From: Oculina patagonica
Taxonomy: Eukaryota
Length of the DNA stretch: 64,000 nucleotides
NCBI RefSeq assembly: GCF_052425735.1
Contig: NC_135769.1
Coordinates: forward strand, 24,180,001-24,244,000
Reading direction: 5' to 3'
Shown: one piece after another, positions 49,103 through 60,262 of the stretch
How the letters are laid out: every line of letters starts with the position of its first letter
How positions within the stretch are numbered: position 1 is the stretch's first letter
Program-made: the position numbers and the translations under genes
The notes under the pieces: model-generated
Databases searched by the model: none
What the model was told of the DNA's origin: nothing
What the model saw: the letters and a program-made list of their open reading frames with translations, nothing else

Positions 49103-51070
49103 TAATAGTTAACAGGAAAACAAAACAAACACGCTTCCCAAATATCTGCAAAAGCCTGGTAACGAATGTTGTTCACAGCGGACTTTTGACACAACGCAAT
49201 GGACGAATCTGAAAGTCATCTTAAGCCGCTTTAAAAATAATTAGTTGAATGTACATGTTAGAAAATTATTTCGTGATTGGGAGCTGTTTCAAGTGCTTTT
49301 GTCTTGGCTACATACTCTTCCGCATAAATTTTGCCTTCCCAATTTACTGACGAAAGCCAAAAAGACTTTGTAACTATGGGCAGTATGGCGGGCATAATAA
49401 CTGAGAAAGCGGTTCACAACGCGAGTTCCAACTTTCCTTCCACTGCAGATTTGAACTTCTGGCTCTTGAAGGTAGGATATGTAAATGAAGTTATCCAGTC
49501 CTAAGTTATAGAAGAATTTGGACGATAAAGAATTAAGTTTAGACTTTTGATATTCGAAAGATTTTGATTTAGAAGTTCTCGATCTTCAGTGGACGGGCAG
49601 ACCTTATGTCTCGAAAAGCAGGCGAAGAGGAATGACTATTTGACTCTTTTATCATATTTTTTACTAATCGTATTACTTTAGGACCATATCTAGCGCAGAG
49701 TAGAATAAAGGGCAACTGATTTTAATGAGCTAAGAATGTAAACACTCGTTCACTTTTTCGTATTTTTGCTCCTGTCTTCTTTTAGTTCCACGCGATAGAA
49801 TTCTTAGCTTAATATTAGCTGATGCTTTAGAAATTAAACAAGAACATCTTCTAGCCGTGATTGTGCATATTTTCTATTAAAATTTAATTAAATTTAAGCA
49901 TAATAATTTTTTCTGGAAATCCAGGCGGGAGGGGGGGTCTTTGGTCTTGGAAATCCAGACAGGAGGGGGGGTCTTGTGCTTCAGGAAATCCAGGTGAGAG
50001 GGGGGTTAAAAAACGACCCCATCCGTCGGGGGGGTGTGGATTTTTTCTGGAATAACCCAATCCTAAAATAAATCAGTTCCATAAATAAAGTGTTTTGTGA
50101 CTACTGATCTCTGATAAAATGCAAAACAACACTTTAATCGAAGATGAAATTATTACCTTTTGACAAAAAGCTTGAGGTATATACTTCTCTGAGTTGATCA
50201 CATGCTCAAATCAAATAAATGCCAAATTCATACAAACCAAAACCCTGGTCGACAAGAACAGAGATAAGCACACTGTTTCGAAGCCATTTCTTCAAAATGA
50301 AATGCCTGTTGTCACTTTACAAAGACACGTAAACAACCAAAGCAAATTAATGTAAAAAGCTACCATACACAGATTTTTAACAAGGATTTTTAATTAAGCA
50401 AAATTCAAGTTTAAAGAAAGTTATATGTTATATATAGTCGTACCAGGATTGTATTTTGCTCGATCCGCGCTGCACGCTCTCCCGGCAAATATAAAATTAT
50501 CTCCACAGAATAAGACACAGCCAAGTTGCTTCTGTTGTCAGTGTAACAGCCTTGCATTGGTAACACTGATAATAACGATTTGCATTTTTGGCGATACTGT
50601 GGAGTTTCGATTAGACCGCGATGGCTTTGAATAATCCAAATAATGTTTATATCATTAATTTAATCTCAGAAATCTGCACCAGCAGTTGCAACGGTAGTTA
50701 ATATTGAGCGTTACATCAACTAAGGAGACGAATTTAGTTCGACACGGCAGTTGCACACCTTGCTATACGATACTGTCCATACAAAATTTAAACTTTGGGC
50801 AGAACTCATCAACTTTCCGTGCAGACTCGAATGTTTTTGCGACGCCGACGTGACACTGATCACGCAAGTCCGGGTACATCCACGCGAAAACCCACGCAAT
50901 TTTGCGTGTATTCGCGCTGTTTGTGACGTCGAAGATGCCGTGCAATTTTCCTGTACAAATAGAATAGGGCAATCTCCCACATTTATACATTCCTCTGTTA
51001 CATGAAGTGAAATTAACTTTGTAAGTCACCTGCAAATATGCACTTCTCTTTGTAGCGCACTTAAGCTCTA

Positions 51071-51760
51071 CCGTGCGAGCAAACACGAGATACGCCAAGT
51101 CATCCCGTTTTTCTTTGCGCTTGTAAACACTGGTTGGTGGAAATTTACTTCCGTTTTAGAATAATATTAAACGCTAGGAGAGCTTTCTCTAGTTTTCTTA
51201 CAATACGTATACATCGCTTTAGTCAAACTCTCTTGGTCAAACTTAAAACCATTGCAGTCGTCAGATATTTCTGTTTGCAACGAATCTAAATTTTTTTGGT
51301 CATGCTGAGGAATATATTTCCGATATTTGAAGAACATGACTGTTTTTACGAAATTAATTGCCATCGGTCATACGTATTTACTTTGTGGTTACGACCGTTC
51401 TTGTGATTGGCTAGCAGCCCCCCGTGCGAGCAAACACGACAAGTCATCCCTTTTTTGTTTGCGCTTGCAAACACTGATTGGTGAAAATTTACTTCCGTTT
51501 CAGAAAATCGCTAGAATGTTTACTTAACAATTAAACGCTACGAGAGCTTTCTCTAGTTTTCTTACAATACATCGCTTTAATCAAACTTAAAACCATTGCA
51601 GTCGTCAGATATTTCTGTTTGCAACGATTCTCAATATTTTTTTATCATGCTGAGAATATCTTTCTGATATTTGAAGAACATGTTTTTACGAAATTAATTG
51701 CCTTCAGTCAAACGTATTTACTTTGTGGTTGCGACCGTTCTTCTGATTGGATAGTAGCCC
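51071..51760 (+). repeat. About 350-bp tandem duplication within the HINE
   Basis: CCGTGCGAGCAAACACGA...GACCGTTCTT.TGATTGG.TAG.AGCCC occurs twice (51071 and 51422). Confidence 0.85.
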
Positions 51761-51826
51761 TCACTGTGTAAATAGTTCACATCGAAGCCAAAATAATACC
51801 GTATCGTTTCTGAGGAAACGAAACAA

Positions 51827-54800
51827 AAATGCAAAAGGGATTTGTTTGCTATGATCCGTCAGCTTGGGAACCCTACATGGTTCTGTTCTTTCTCAGCCGC
51901 AGAAACGAGGTGGACTCATTTGCTCAAAACCCTTGGCAGAATTGTTGAAAAAAAGGACTATTCTGATGATGAAATAAATAACATGACTTGGCAGCAGAAA
52001 TCGAATCTTATCCAGAGTGACCCGGTAACATGCGCAAGAAATTTTGACCACATGGTGCAACTATTTATACATGATGTTCTCAAAAGCGATGTTATGCCAA
52101 TAGGACAAATAGCTGATTATTTTTACCGTGTCGAGTTTCAGCAAAGAGGCAGTCCTCATGTTCATGGTCTATTCTGGGTGAAAGATGCACCACAATATGG
52201 CAAAAGTTCTCATGAGAAGGTTGTCAGTTTCATTGACAGATACGTAACTTGTCAGAAAGCTCATACTAGTGAAATGGAAGATCTTGTCAATCTACAGCTC
52301 CATAGGCATGCTAAGACATGTAAGAAAATGGGACACAAAATTTGCAGGTTTAACTTTCCGTTGCCACCAATGCGACAAACTATTGTTTTGACACCTCTTG
52401 AAGACTATGACACTTTAGACAATGAGAAGCAGAAAAACATTAAAAAACATGCAGAGAATATTAAAGACCAACTTGACAGGATGAAATATGGCGAAGATAT
52501 AACTTTTGATGAATTCCTGGACAAATTAGGATTGACTGAGGAAACTTACATAGTAGCGTTAAGGTACACAATAAACCACAATACTCTATATTTGAAGAGA
52601 CTGCCCTCAGAAATAAGGATTAATAATTACAACACACAATTATTGCAAGCATGGCGGGCAAATATGGACATGCAATACGTCCTAGACCCTTATGCCTGTG
52701 CAACATATATTTTATCTTACATTACAAAAGGCCAGAGAGGCATGAGCCGACTTCTCGAGAAAGCTACGGAAGAAATTAATTCTGGCAGCAAAGATATTGC
52801 CCATAAAGTAAGACACATTGGCAACAAATTCCTGAATGCTGTAGAAATAAGTGCTCAAGAGGCTGCATACTTGGTATTACAAATGCCACTGAGGAGATCT
52901 ACCCGGGACTTTCAGTTTATTAATACTTCACATCCTGATGAAAGGACATTCCTGTTAAAGAAATTAGACAAGATCAAGGAGCTACCAGATAACTCTTCTG
53001 ATATAGAATCTGATAACATTATAAAGCGTTACCAAAGACGACCAAAACAGTTAGAAAATCTTTGTTTGGCTGACTTTGTTGCCTGGTTCAACTGTGTCAG
53101 GGCCAATGAATCAGACGTTCCAACTGTTGATAAATCTGACATAGACCCTGATAATTATTTTATACCAGAAACTCTTTTAGAGGCCAACACTAATGATGAT
53201 GACCCTTATAATGTAGATGGTAATATTTATGAAGATCAAAATGAACCACAAGAGCTCAAAATTAAAGGTGGTATGAAACTTGTAAAGAGAACAAAACCTA
53301 AAATTATCCGGTCAGTCCGATTTCATAAAAGCAAAGATCCCGAAAATCATTATAGAGAGCAGCTTATGCTTTATGCCCCTTGGCGTAATGAGAACACAGA
53401 TTTACTTGGAAATTGTGAAACCTATCAAGAACGCTTCGATCAGGTCAAGGAACAGCTTCTCTGTAACAGACTAAATTATGAATATCAAAGTGATTTGCTG
53501 GATAAAGCAATGGAGCATTTTGACAATGACCATTTTGATGACAATGTTGCTCCAAATGCACAACATATTAATGCCCAAGACAGTGCAAAGAAGCAAAAGC
53601 CAAGCGAATTGTTTGGTTGCTTTGATCCAGGGAATAATAAGCAATATAGCCAGTACGACTTACTTGATGACATAGGCATCTTTCCTAGATGTGATGACCA
53701 GGAAGACCTTCTTGTAAAACACATTTCCAATGAGGAATATCATCAGCTTGTTCGCTCATTGAATGAAAAACAAAGACAGTTTTTTTATCACGTACTACAT
53801 TCAGTAAAGACTAGCGATGACCCTCTCAGACTTTTCTTGTCAGGAGGTGCCGGTGTCGGTAAATCCACAGTGACAAATGCGTTGTATGAAGCACTGATCC
53901 GGTATTTGAATAAGATGGCAGGTGAAAATCCTGATGAGATCAATGTGATTAAAGCAGCTCCAACAGGAAAAGCAGCATTTAACATCAAAGGAAATACATT
54001 GCATGCAGCCTTTAAAATACCTGCCAACAAGGGATTTGAATACTGTGTTCTTGATAGTGACAGACTTAACACAATTAGAGCAAAATTAAGGAAACTCAAA
54101 ATTTTATTCATTGACGAAATTTCAATGGTGGGAACTGGAATGTTCAATTTCCTCAATCTAAGGCTACAACAGATAATGGGAACCAAGGAACCATTCGGAG
54201 GTATATCCGTAATAACTGTTGGGGATCTGTTCCAGTTGAAACCTGTTTTTGACAGATGGATTTTTGAAAACGCAAACACGTGTTATGGAGCTTTGGCAAG
54301 TAACTTGTGGACCGACTTCTTTACCTTATTTGAACTAACAGATATAATGAGGCAGAAAGATGATAGACAGTTTGCAGAGTTACTCAATCGTCTCAGAGAA
54401 GGAACGCATACTGAACTTGACATCGATTGTTTGAAGGAAAGGCTTTTACACATAGCCCCTGGACATAAAAATTACCCCATGGAAACAACCCATTTGTTTA
54501 CCACAAATGCATCAGTAAATGCACACAACGACAGCATGTATGCCAAATCTCAAAATGATAAATGTCAGATAGAGGCAATAGACATTGTGGTTGGAGATAT
54601 TTCTGACGACCTTAAGAAACAAATGAAAGAGAAAATACCAAATGATCCAACAAAAACAATGGGTTTATATTCACCCGCCTCAATAGCCACCAATGCGAAG
54701 TACGATTTAACAACAAATGTTGATGTAACAGATGGTTTAACAAATGGTGCACAATGTGTCATTAAAAACATTGACTATCGCATAGAGAACTCTAGTAGAC

Positions 54801-55903
54801 CTAGTATTATATGGGTATTATTTCCAGATGCTGGCATCGGTAAAAAGCAGCGAAAAGAAAATGCACACTTATACACAAAAGGCATTATAGATAGGACATG
54901 GACACCAATTCTCGAAGTAACAAGGCAATTCAGAATAAACCGGAAAAGCCAAGTACAAATTCTTCGCCGACAATTTCCATTAAGACCAGCAAGTGCAAAA
55001 ACAATTCACCGTTGTCAAGGTGACACTCTAAGTGCAGCAGTTGTCGATTTCCCCACCTCCACTCAAGAACACATGCACTATGTAGGCTTAAGTCGAGTTC
55101 GCAACAGTTCCACTCTACATATTATCAACTTAAATGAACACAAAATCAGGGTCAGTGAGAAGGTTGTAAATGAGATGAATAGACTGAGGACCGAAGCATA
55201 CCTTGTCCCTTTGGTGACACTAAAAACTGTAGACAACTCCTTTACAATTGTATTTCATAACGTTAGATCCTTACATCTTCACATGGATGATGTGCGGAGT
55301 GATTACAACATTCAAAAAGCTGATGTGAACATTTTTGTTGAAACAAGACTTTGCAAATTAGACAAAGATAATACGTACAGCATGAAAGGGTTTACACTTT
55401 GCAGAAATGACTACACTCGATCACCAAGCAGAAGTTGCTATGGATCAGCTGTTTATGTTAAGAACCCATTTCACTTTAGAGAAATGCCCCACCGATGTAA
55501 CATGAATGGAGTAGAAATCACTATAATGGTTACCGACCAACTAATTCCAAACCTGCATGTAGTTGGTATTTACAGATCCGGTTCAAATGTCACTTTGGCA
55601 AACTTTATTGATGCTCTAAATTATCTTCACGACTCAAAATTAACAACTCCTGACATACCGGTTATACTACTTGGCGATTTCAATGTAAACTTACTGGAAA
55701 AGTCATCTGAGCAAACAGCACTAACAAGATGTTTAATAGCAGAGAGAGGTTATACGCAGCTAATTAAACAGTATACTACAGACTATCGCTCGCTAATAGA
55801 TCACATATATACCAATGTTCCGCATCTTGTAGAGTCTTCAGGTGTCTTAGAGTCATACTACAGTGATCATAAACCAGTGTTCATTTCATTGACAACTCGG
55901 TAA
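51827..55903 (+). CDS. Helentron Rep (HUH) - PIF1-like helicase - EEP/APE endonuclease, C-terminal part
   Basis: VEFQQRGSPHVHGLFW (HUH), YILSYITK, GGAGVGKS (Walker A), IDEISM, GDLFQL, TIHRCQG, YVGLSR, and EEP motifs HNVRSL, GDFN, IDHIY, SDH. Confidence 0.95.
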   Translation, partial: KCKRDLFAMIRQLGNPTWFCSFSAAETRWTHLLKTLGRIVEKKDYSDDEINNMTWQQKSNLIQSDPVTCARNFDHMVQLFIHDVLKSDVMPIGQIADYFYRVEFQQRGSPHVHGLFWVKDAPQYGKSSHEKVVSFIDRYVTCQKAHTSEMEDLVNLQLHRHAKTCKKMGHKICRFNFPLPPMRQTIVLTPLEDYDTLDNEKQKNIKKHAENIKDQLDRMKYGEDITFDEFLDKLGLTEETYIVALRYTINHNTLYLKRLPSEIRINNYNTQLLQAWRANMDMQYVLDPYACATYILSYITKGQRGMSRLLEKATEEINSGSKDIAHKVRHIGNKFLNAVEISAQEAAYLVLQMPLRRSTRDFQFINTSHPDERTFLLKKLDKIKELPDNSSDIESDNIIKRYQRRPKQLENLCLADFVAWFNCVRANESDVPTVDKSDIDPDNYFIPETLLEANTNDDDPYNVDGNIYEDQNEPQELKIKGGMKLVKRTKPKIIRSVRFHKSKDPENHYREQLMLYAPWRNENTDLLGNCETYQERFDQVKEQLLCNRLNYEYQSDLLDKAMEHFDNDHFDDNVAPNAQHINAQDSAKKQKPSELFGCFDPGNNKQYSQYDLLDDIGIFPRCDDQEDLLVKHISNEEYHQLVRSLNEKQRQFFYHVLHSVKTSDDPLRLFLSGGAGVGKSTVTNALYEALIRYLNKMAGENPDEINVIKAAPTGKAAFNIKGNTLHAAFKIPANKGFEYCVLDSDRLNTIRAKLRKLKILFIDEISMVGTGMFNFLNLRLQQIMGTKEPFGGISVITVGDLFQLKPVFDRWIFENANTCYGALASNLWTDFFTLFELTDIMRQKDDRQFAELLNRLREGTHTELDIDCLKERLLHIAPGHKNYPMETTHLFTTNASVNAHNDSMYAKSQNDKCQIEAIDIVVGDISDDLKKQMKEKIPNDPTKTMGLYSPASIATNAKYDLTTNVDVTDGLTNGAQCVIKNIDYRIENSSRPSIIWVLFPDAGIGKKQRKENAHLYTKGIIDRTWTPILEVTRQFRINRKSQVQILRRQFPLRPASAKTIHRCQGDTLSAAVVDFPTSTQEHMHYVGLSRVRNSSTLHIINLNEHKIRVSEKVVNEMNRLRTEAYLVPLVTLKTVDNSFTIVFHNVRSLHLHMDDVRSDYNIQKADVNIFVETRLCKLDKDNTYSMKGFTLCRNDYTRSPSRSCYGSAVYVKNPFHFREMPHRCNMNGVEITIMVTDQLIPNLHVVGIYRSGSNVTLANFIDALNYLHDSKLTTPDIPVILLGDFNVNLLEKSSEQTALTRCLIAERGYTQLIKQYTTDYRSLIDHIYTNVPHLVESSGVLESYYSDHKPVFISLTTR

Positions 55904-57744
55904 CAATTTCTACTTTGAGGATCATAAATTACATTTCAGAAGAATATATAAATAAATTATTTAAAACCAGATTAATTTATTACCACTGTGCAATGAACAG
56001 TCTTATTCTATCAAATAATAATGCATGCACACTAACAATTGCACCAAAAGCAACATCAAACAAGACAGGGGGGCCTCTAAACTGGCATCCCTGTCTTTAG
56101 TTTGTTAGCTCCTTGAGCACACAAGGGAGGTAAGTTTTACATATATCAAAATAGACAGTTAAAGGCACTACTAAAACCTTTATAAGCAACTTCATATATT
56201 TTCTTATAATACCAATCACTTTTATCTCAATTTGTAGGAACAACTACAGCAGCAAGATAAACATTACAATCCTCTGGAAAGGAAACACAACACAGAGATG
56301 TACTTACAACAACAAGACAAAGCCATCTCCCACATGCAGCTGAACAATAACTAATGTTGTTACACTGGTGTGATTATTTCAAGGCATTGTCAAGATCTAA
56401 AGATGATAACAAAACTTCAGACATGGGCTGTTTCCACCTGAACAATTAAACTCATGTCAAAATCTAATGAAACAGAAATGAATGATCATGCACGGATTTC
56501 AAAACAAGCCAGTGACTGAGACAGTTCACCAACTACTAGATAATATGTCACCAATTACTCTGGTCATACTGTCAGCTTATAACAAACAAGCTCCGGGTTT
56601 TCAGACCCTTCTACTCCTGTACTTGCTGACACTTCAAATCATTTTGAAATGCCTGCGGTCACTGACATGCACTTCTGATTTGACGACATTTACAACAAGG
56701 AAATTTATGGTAACATGGCATCATTCCTTGCTGAGTCCTGCTCCTCTTCAAAGAACAAAGCTTGTCAGGTTTTACTGCCATACTCATACTCATGTTGACT
56801 GTTTTGTACTTGATGAAACTACTGAAGTCAAATAACGAAAGGCATTTATTGCCACATTAATGACAATCAATTCATCTGACTAAAAATGTCTTAACACAAT
56901 GATAAAACAAACTGATAAACTTCTTTCAGAAATATTTAATGCCACTTTTTACATGTCAATTTTATTATAACCTGCCTTTTATGTGTGCACCTATCAAGTT
57001 CAAGTTGAACATTAATTTTTATTGTTACAAGTTCTGTTACAAATAAACAAATTACAACACAGTGAATACATTAATGTCACGAATTGTTTTCCACCGTGTA
57101 AACTGACTCATTAGGCTGTCATTTAAAAGTAGAAAAAATATGGAATAATGGCAAGCACACTATCGTTTGTCAATACTTCAAAAGTGTTAAAACAATCGCT
57201 TACAAAACAGGTGTATTAAAAGACTGTATTTTTTATTTCCAGATCAACATAGCAAAACGTAACAGTCTTAAAAAACACAATGAATAAATGTGTGACAACA
57301 TATTTATTCAACTTATCGATTTATTGTACCCTACTCCTGACAACTGTTAACAAGTGAAGACTTCTATAGTACTTATTAAGTACAGCCGACCATTTCAGAC
57401 AAAAAAACTGATGGTACTTCCAGCTTTCTCACAAAACATTATCTACCCACGTCACGTGACTGAGAAAGTGCAAATAGCGGTAACACGTTGAAAGGTCAAC
57501 ATTTGGCCGCTTTCGATTGCTCTGTCACCAAGCACTATAGACTATTCACAGCCCCCTTATTTTTCCATGAAGTCGTAGAGATCCATCGTTCCCAGTCCCA
57601 CGGACCGCCGTCTTGGTTCACGAACGCGAGCGAACACTGGGAAGAGTATGCTCCACCACCCCCACCCTATAAACACCCCACTACCCTACCCATGGGTTTT
57701 TGCAGTCTCCCCAGCATTCGCTTGCGTTCGCAAAGTTTTCTTGT

Positions 57745-59050
57745 ACGTTTGAAACAAACTTTGTTTTGGCTCGTGACGTTACGCACCCGATGTTCACCGG
57801 CACGCGTTTCTGTGTACGATGTACAATGAACCAAAAATAAAGCTGCGTCAACTCTATTTACAGTAACGCACGAGCCACACGCGTCGCTAATAGGAAAATT
57901 TATCAAGTGTGTCTTTTTTTATTTCTTTCTTTCTTCTAAGACCCTTAAATATCTCCCCGACCCGGGCCCAAATCTATCTACTTCCAACAGAAAGTAAAAA
58001 AGCCGGATCGAAAATAAGCTGTTCACTAGAACGTTTAATTGCACGTTTGAAACAAACTTTGTTTTGGCTCGTGACGTTACGCACCCGATGTTCACCGGCA
58101 CGCGTTTCTGTGTACGATGTACAATGAACCAAAAATAAAGCTGCGTCAACTCTATTTACAGTAACGCACGAGCCACACGCGTCGCTAATAGGAAAATTTA
58201 TCAAGTGTATCTTTTTTTATTTCTTTCTTTCTTCTAAGACCCTTAAATATCTCCCCGACCCGGGCCCAAATCTATCTACTTTCAACAGAAAGTAAAAAAG
58301 CGGGATCGAAAATAAGCTGTTCACTAGAACGTTTAATTGCACGTTTGAAACAAACTTTGTTTTGGCTCGTGACGCTACGCACCCGATGTTCACCGGCACG
58401 CGTTTCTCTTTACGATGTACAATGAACCAAAAATAAAGCTGCGTCAACTCTATTTACAGTTATACACGATCAACACGCGTCGCTAATAGGAAAATTTATC
58501 AAATGTTTCTTTTTTCATTTTTTTTTCTTTCTTCTAAGACCCTTAAATATCTCCCCGACCCGGACACCAATCTATCTACTTCCGACACAAAGTAAAAAAG
58601 ACGGATCGACAATAAGGTATTCAATGGAACGTTTTATTGCACGTTTAAAACAATGTTTGTTTTGGCTCGTGACGTTACCCACCTGATGTTCACCGGCACG
58701 CGTTTCTGTTTACGATGTACAATGAACCAAAAATAAAGCTGCGTCAACTCTATTTGTAGTAATGCACAACCCACGTCGCTTCTACCAAACTTTTTAAAAG
58801 ATATTCACTTTGACTTCGATTCTTCTTCTCAAAGTACCCTTAACATCTGTTCGACCCTAATGCCAATCTGTATACGTCCAAGTCAAAACACAAAAAGCGA
58901 TGACGAAAAAGACATTCCACTCTTTTTTTCGCACATTTCTTAAACGCAAGCAGAGTTTGTTTACGCTCCTGACATGACGCAAGTGGCGTAGGCACTGAAC
59001 GTGTCTGGCTACGTGTACACTAAACCTATAAATAAGGGGACGTCAACGCT
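57745..59050 (+). repeat. 298-300-bp tandem repeat (about 4 copies plus a degenerate one) inside the Helentron
   Basis: Unit anchors at 57747, 58045, 58343 and 58643. Homologous units at about 33300-33510 and 34040-34330. Confidence 0.92.
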
Positions 59051-59116
59051 CTTAGCCAAGTCATTTAAAAGTAAGCGCCTTCTTGGAACTTGTGTTTCTA
59101 CACTCAAACTGAATTT

Positions 59117-60262
59117 ATGGCAGCTAGAGGAGCATCGTACACTGAACGTAGTGGAAAACCAGAAGTGAAAGACGTAGAAGGATATATCCACGACGTGTCA
59201 GAATTCCAAATTCCACGTTCTGGAACGGGCAACAGATTCTTCGATTTCACTATACAAGAAAAAGAACAGAACAGACGAGTGTATTGCTTTAGTCCAAACC
59301 AGAGAGAGGGCATCAAGGATAAAGAATCCAACAAATCACCCGTTCGTTTAATGAACGTAACTCCACAAAAACGAAAATGGGTTCCAGATAGCACCGAATA
59401 CCGATTCAACAACTATTCCAAGGTAATGATCGTCCAGAACCTTGCGTTCCCTTGGAAAGATCTACCGAAACAACTTTCCAATGAAACGACGACCATCAGA
59501 CATATTAAAAATGAAACCTTGGATGGACAATACGTGTCACTCACAGCTAAAGTCGTGTTCAAAGGCGCAACCGAAACAGTCTTTTCCAGTGCACAAAACA
59601 AGGATCCCAAGAAGAGTGAACTCATAATCGCGGACACCACTGGAGCAATCCCTGTAACACTCTGGGAAGAAACTATTGACTTAATAGAAACTAACAAGTC
59701 ATACCTTTTTAACAAGGTGAGAGTCTGCTTTTACAACAAGAAATATCTCAGTTTTACAAAGACTAGTACATTTGAACTTCATCAAGATGACATTCAACTC
59801 ACTAAAGAAGTCATGAACGATGTAGAACTTCTTAAACCTAATCAAAACAACCAACTGATCGTTGGACAGATCTTAACAATACATGTAGAGAAATCTTATT
59901 CTTGCATTAATTGTAAGTCAAAGATAACAGTCAAAGAAGATGCCGACGACGACTCTCAATTCACCGAATGCGACGCTTGCAAACAAACGATGTTAACAGA
60001 AAATCTAACGGCCTCGACCACAGCAAACATCACTATTTCCCACGAAGGAAAAAATATAGGACGTTTTTTCTGTTCTGCAAAAGTTCTGAACTCTATGCTT
60101 AAATCTCTCTCGACCACTGTAAATTACAACATCGCACAAACTACAACTAATCTCTCAAAAACCATGATCAAACAAACTCTTCTGTTACTGAAAAAAGTTA
60201 AATTTCAGCTGTCTATGGAAGATAGACTAATATATGCAATGAATACAATTGACGATCCATGA
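59117..60262 (+). CDS. RPA1-like multi-OB-fold ssDNA-binding protein with Zn finger, carried by the Helentron
   Basis: OB-fold motifs (VSLTAKVV, IIADTTGAIPVTLWEE) and a CINC...CDAC zinc ribbon. Lies inside the Helentron termini. Confidence 0.75.
   Translation: MAARGASYTERSGKPEVKDVEGYIHDVSEFQIPRSGTGNRFFDFTIQEKEQNRRVYCFSPNQREGIKDKESNKSPVRLMNVTPQKRKWVPDSTEYRFNNYSKVMIVQNLAFPWKDLPKQLSNETTTIRHIKNETLDGQYVSLTAKVVFKGATETVFSSAQNKDPKKSELIIADTTGAIPVTLWEETIDLIETNKSYLFNKVRVCFYNKKYLSFTKTSTFELHQDDIQLTKEVMNDVELLKPNQNNQLIVGQILTIHVEKSYSCINCKSKITVKEDADDDSQFTECDACKQTMLTENLTASTTANITISHEGKNIGRFFCSAKVLNSMLKSLSTTVNYNIAQTTTNLSKTMIKQTLLLLKKVKFQLSMEDRLIYAMNTIDDP

Larger units (their letters stand above)
38880..50058 (+). 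mobile_element. 11.2-kb Zator-like DNA transposon
   Basis: 41-bp TIRs with 1 mismatch (38880-38920; 50018-50058), 5'-GGG termini, 3-bp TSD AAT (38877-38879; 50059-50061). Encodes a DDE transposase. Confidence 0.88.
38245..51826 (-). mobile_element. Antisense non-autonomous HINE (about 2.4 kb of its own sequence) splitting the Rep ORF
   Basis: Asymmetric IR TGTTTCGTTTCCT at 38271-38283 and 51813-51825. 3' hairpin CTATTTC-AAAAA-GAAATAG at 38252-38270 and 5' hairpin CGTTTC-TGAG-GAAACG. Removal restores in-frame PAYF-Q-KCKRDLFAMIRQLG. Confidence 0.85.

Noticed and set aside
50720-51098. Cys-rich ORFs in the HINE as a captured gene
   Set aside because: They are short, contain stops and have no recognisable motif, so they cannot be supported without a search.
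56095-56835. Possible spliced mini-gene after the Helentron EN domain (gtaag at about 56130, ttgtag at about 56237)
   Set aside because: I could not build a convincing coding frame.
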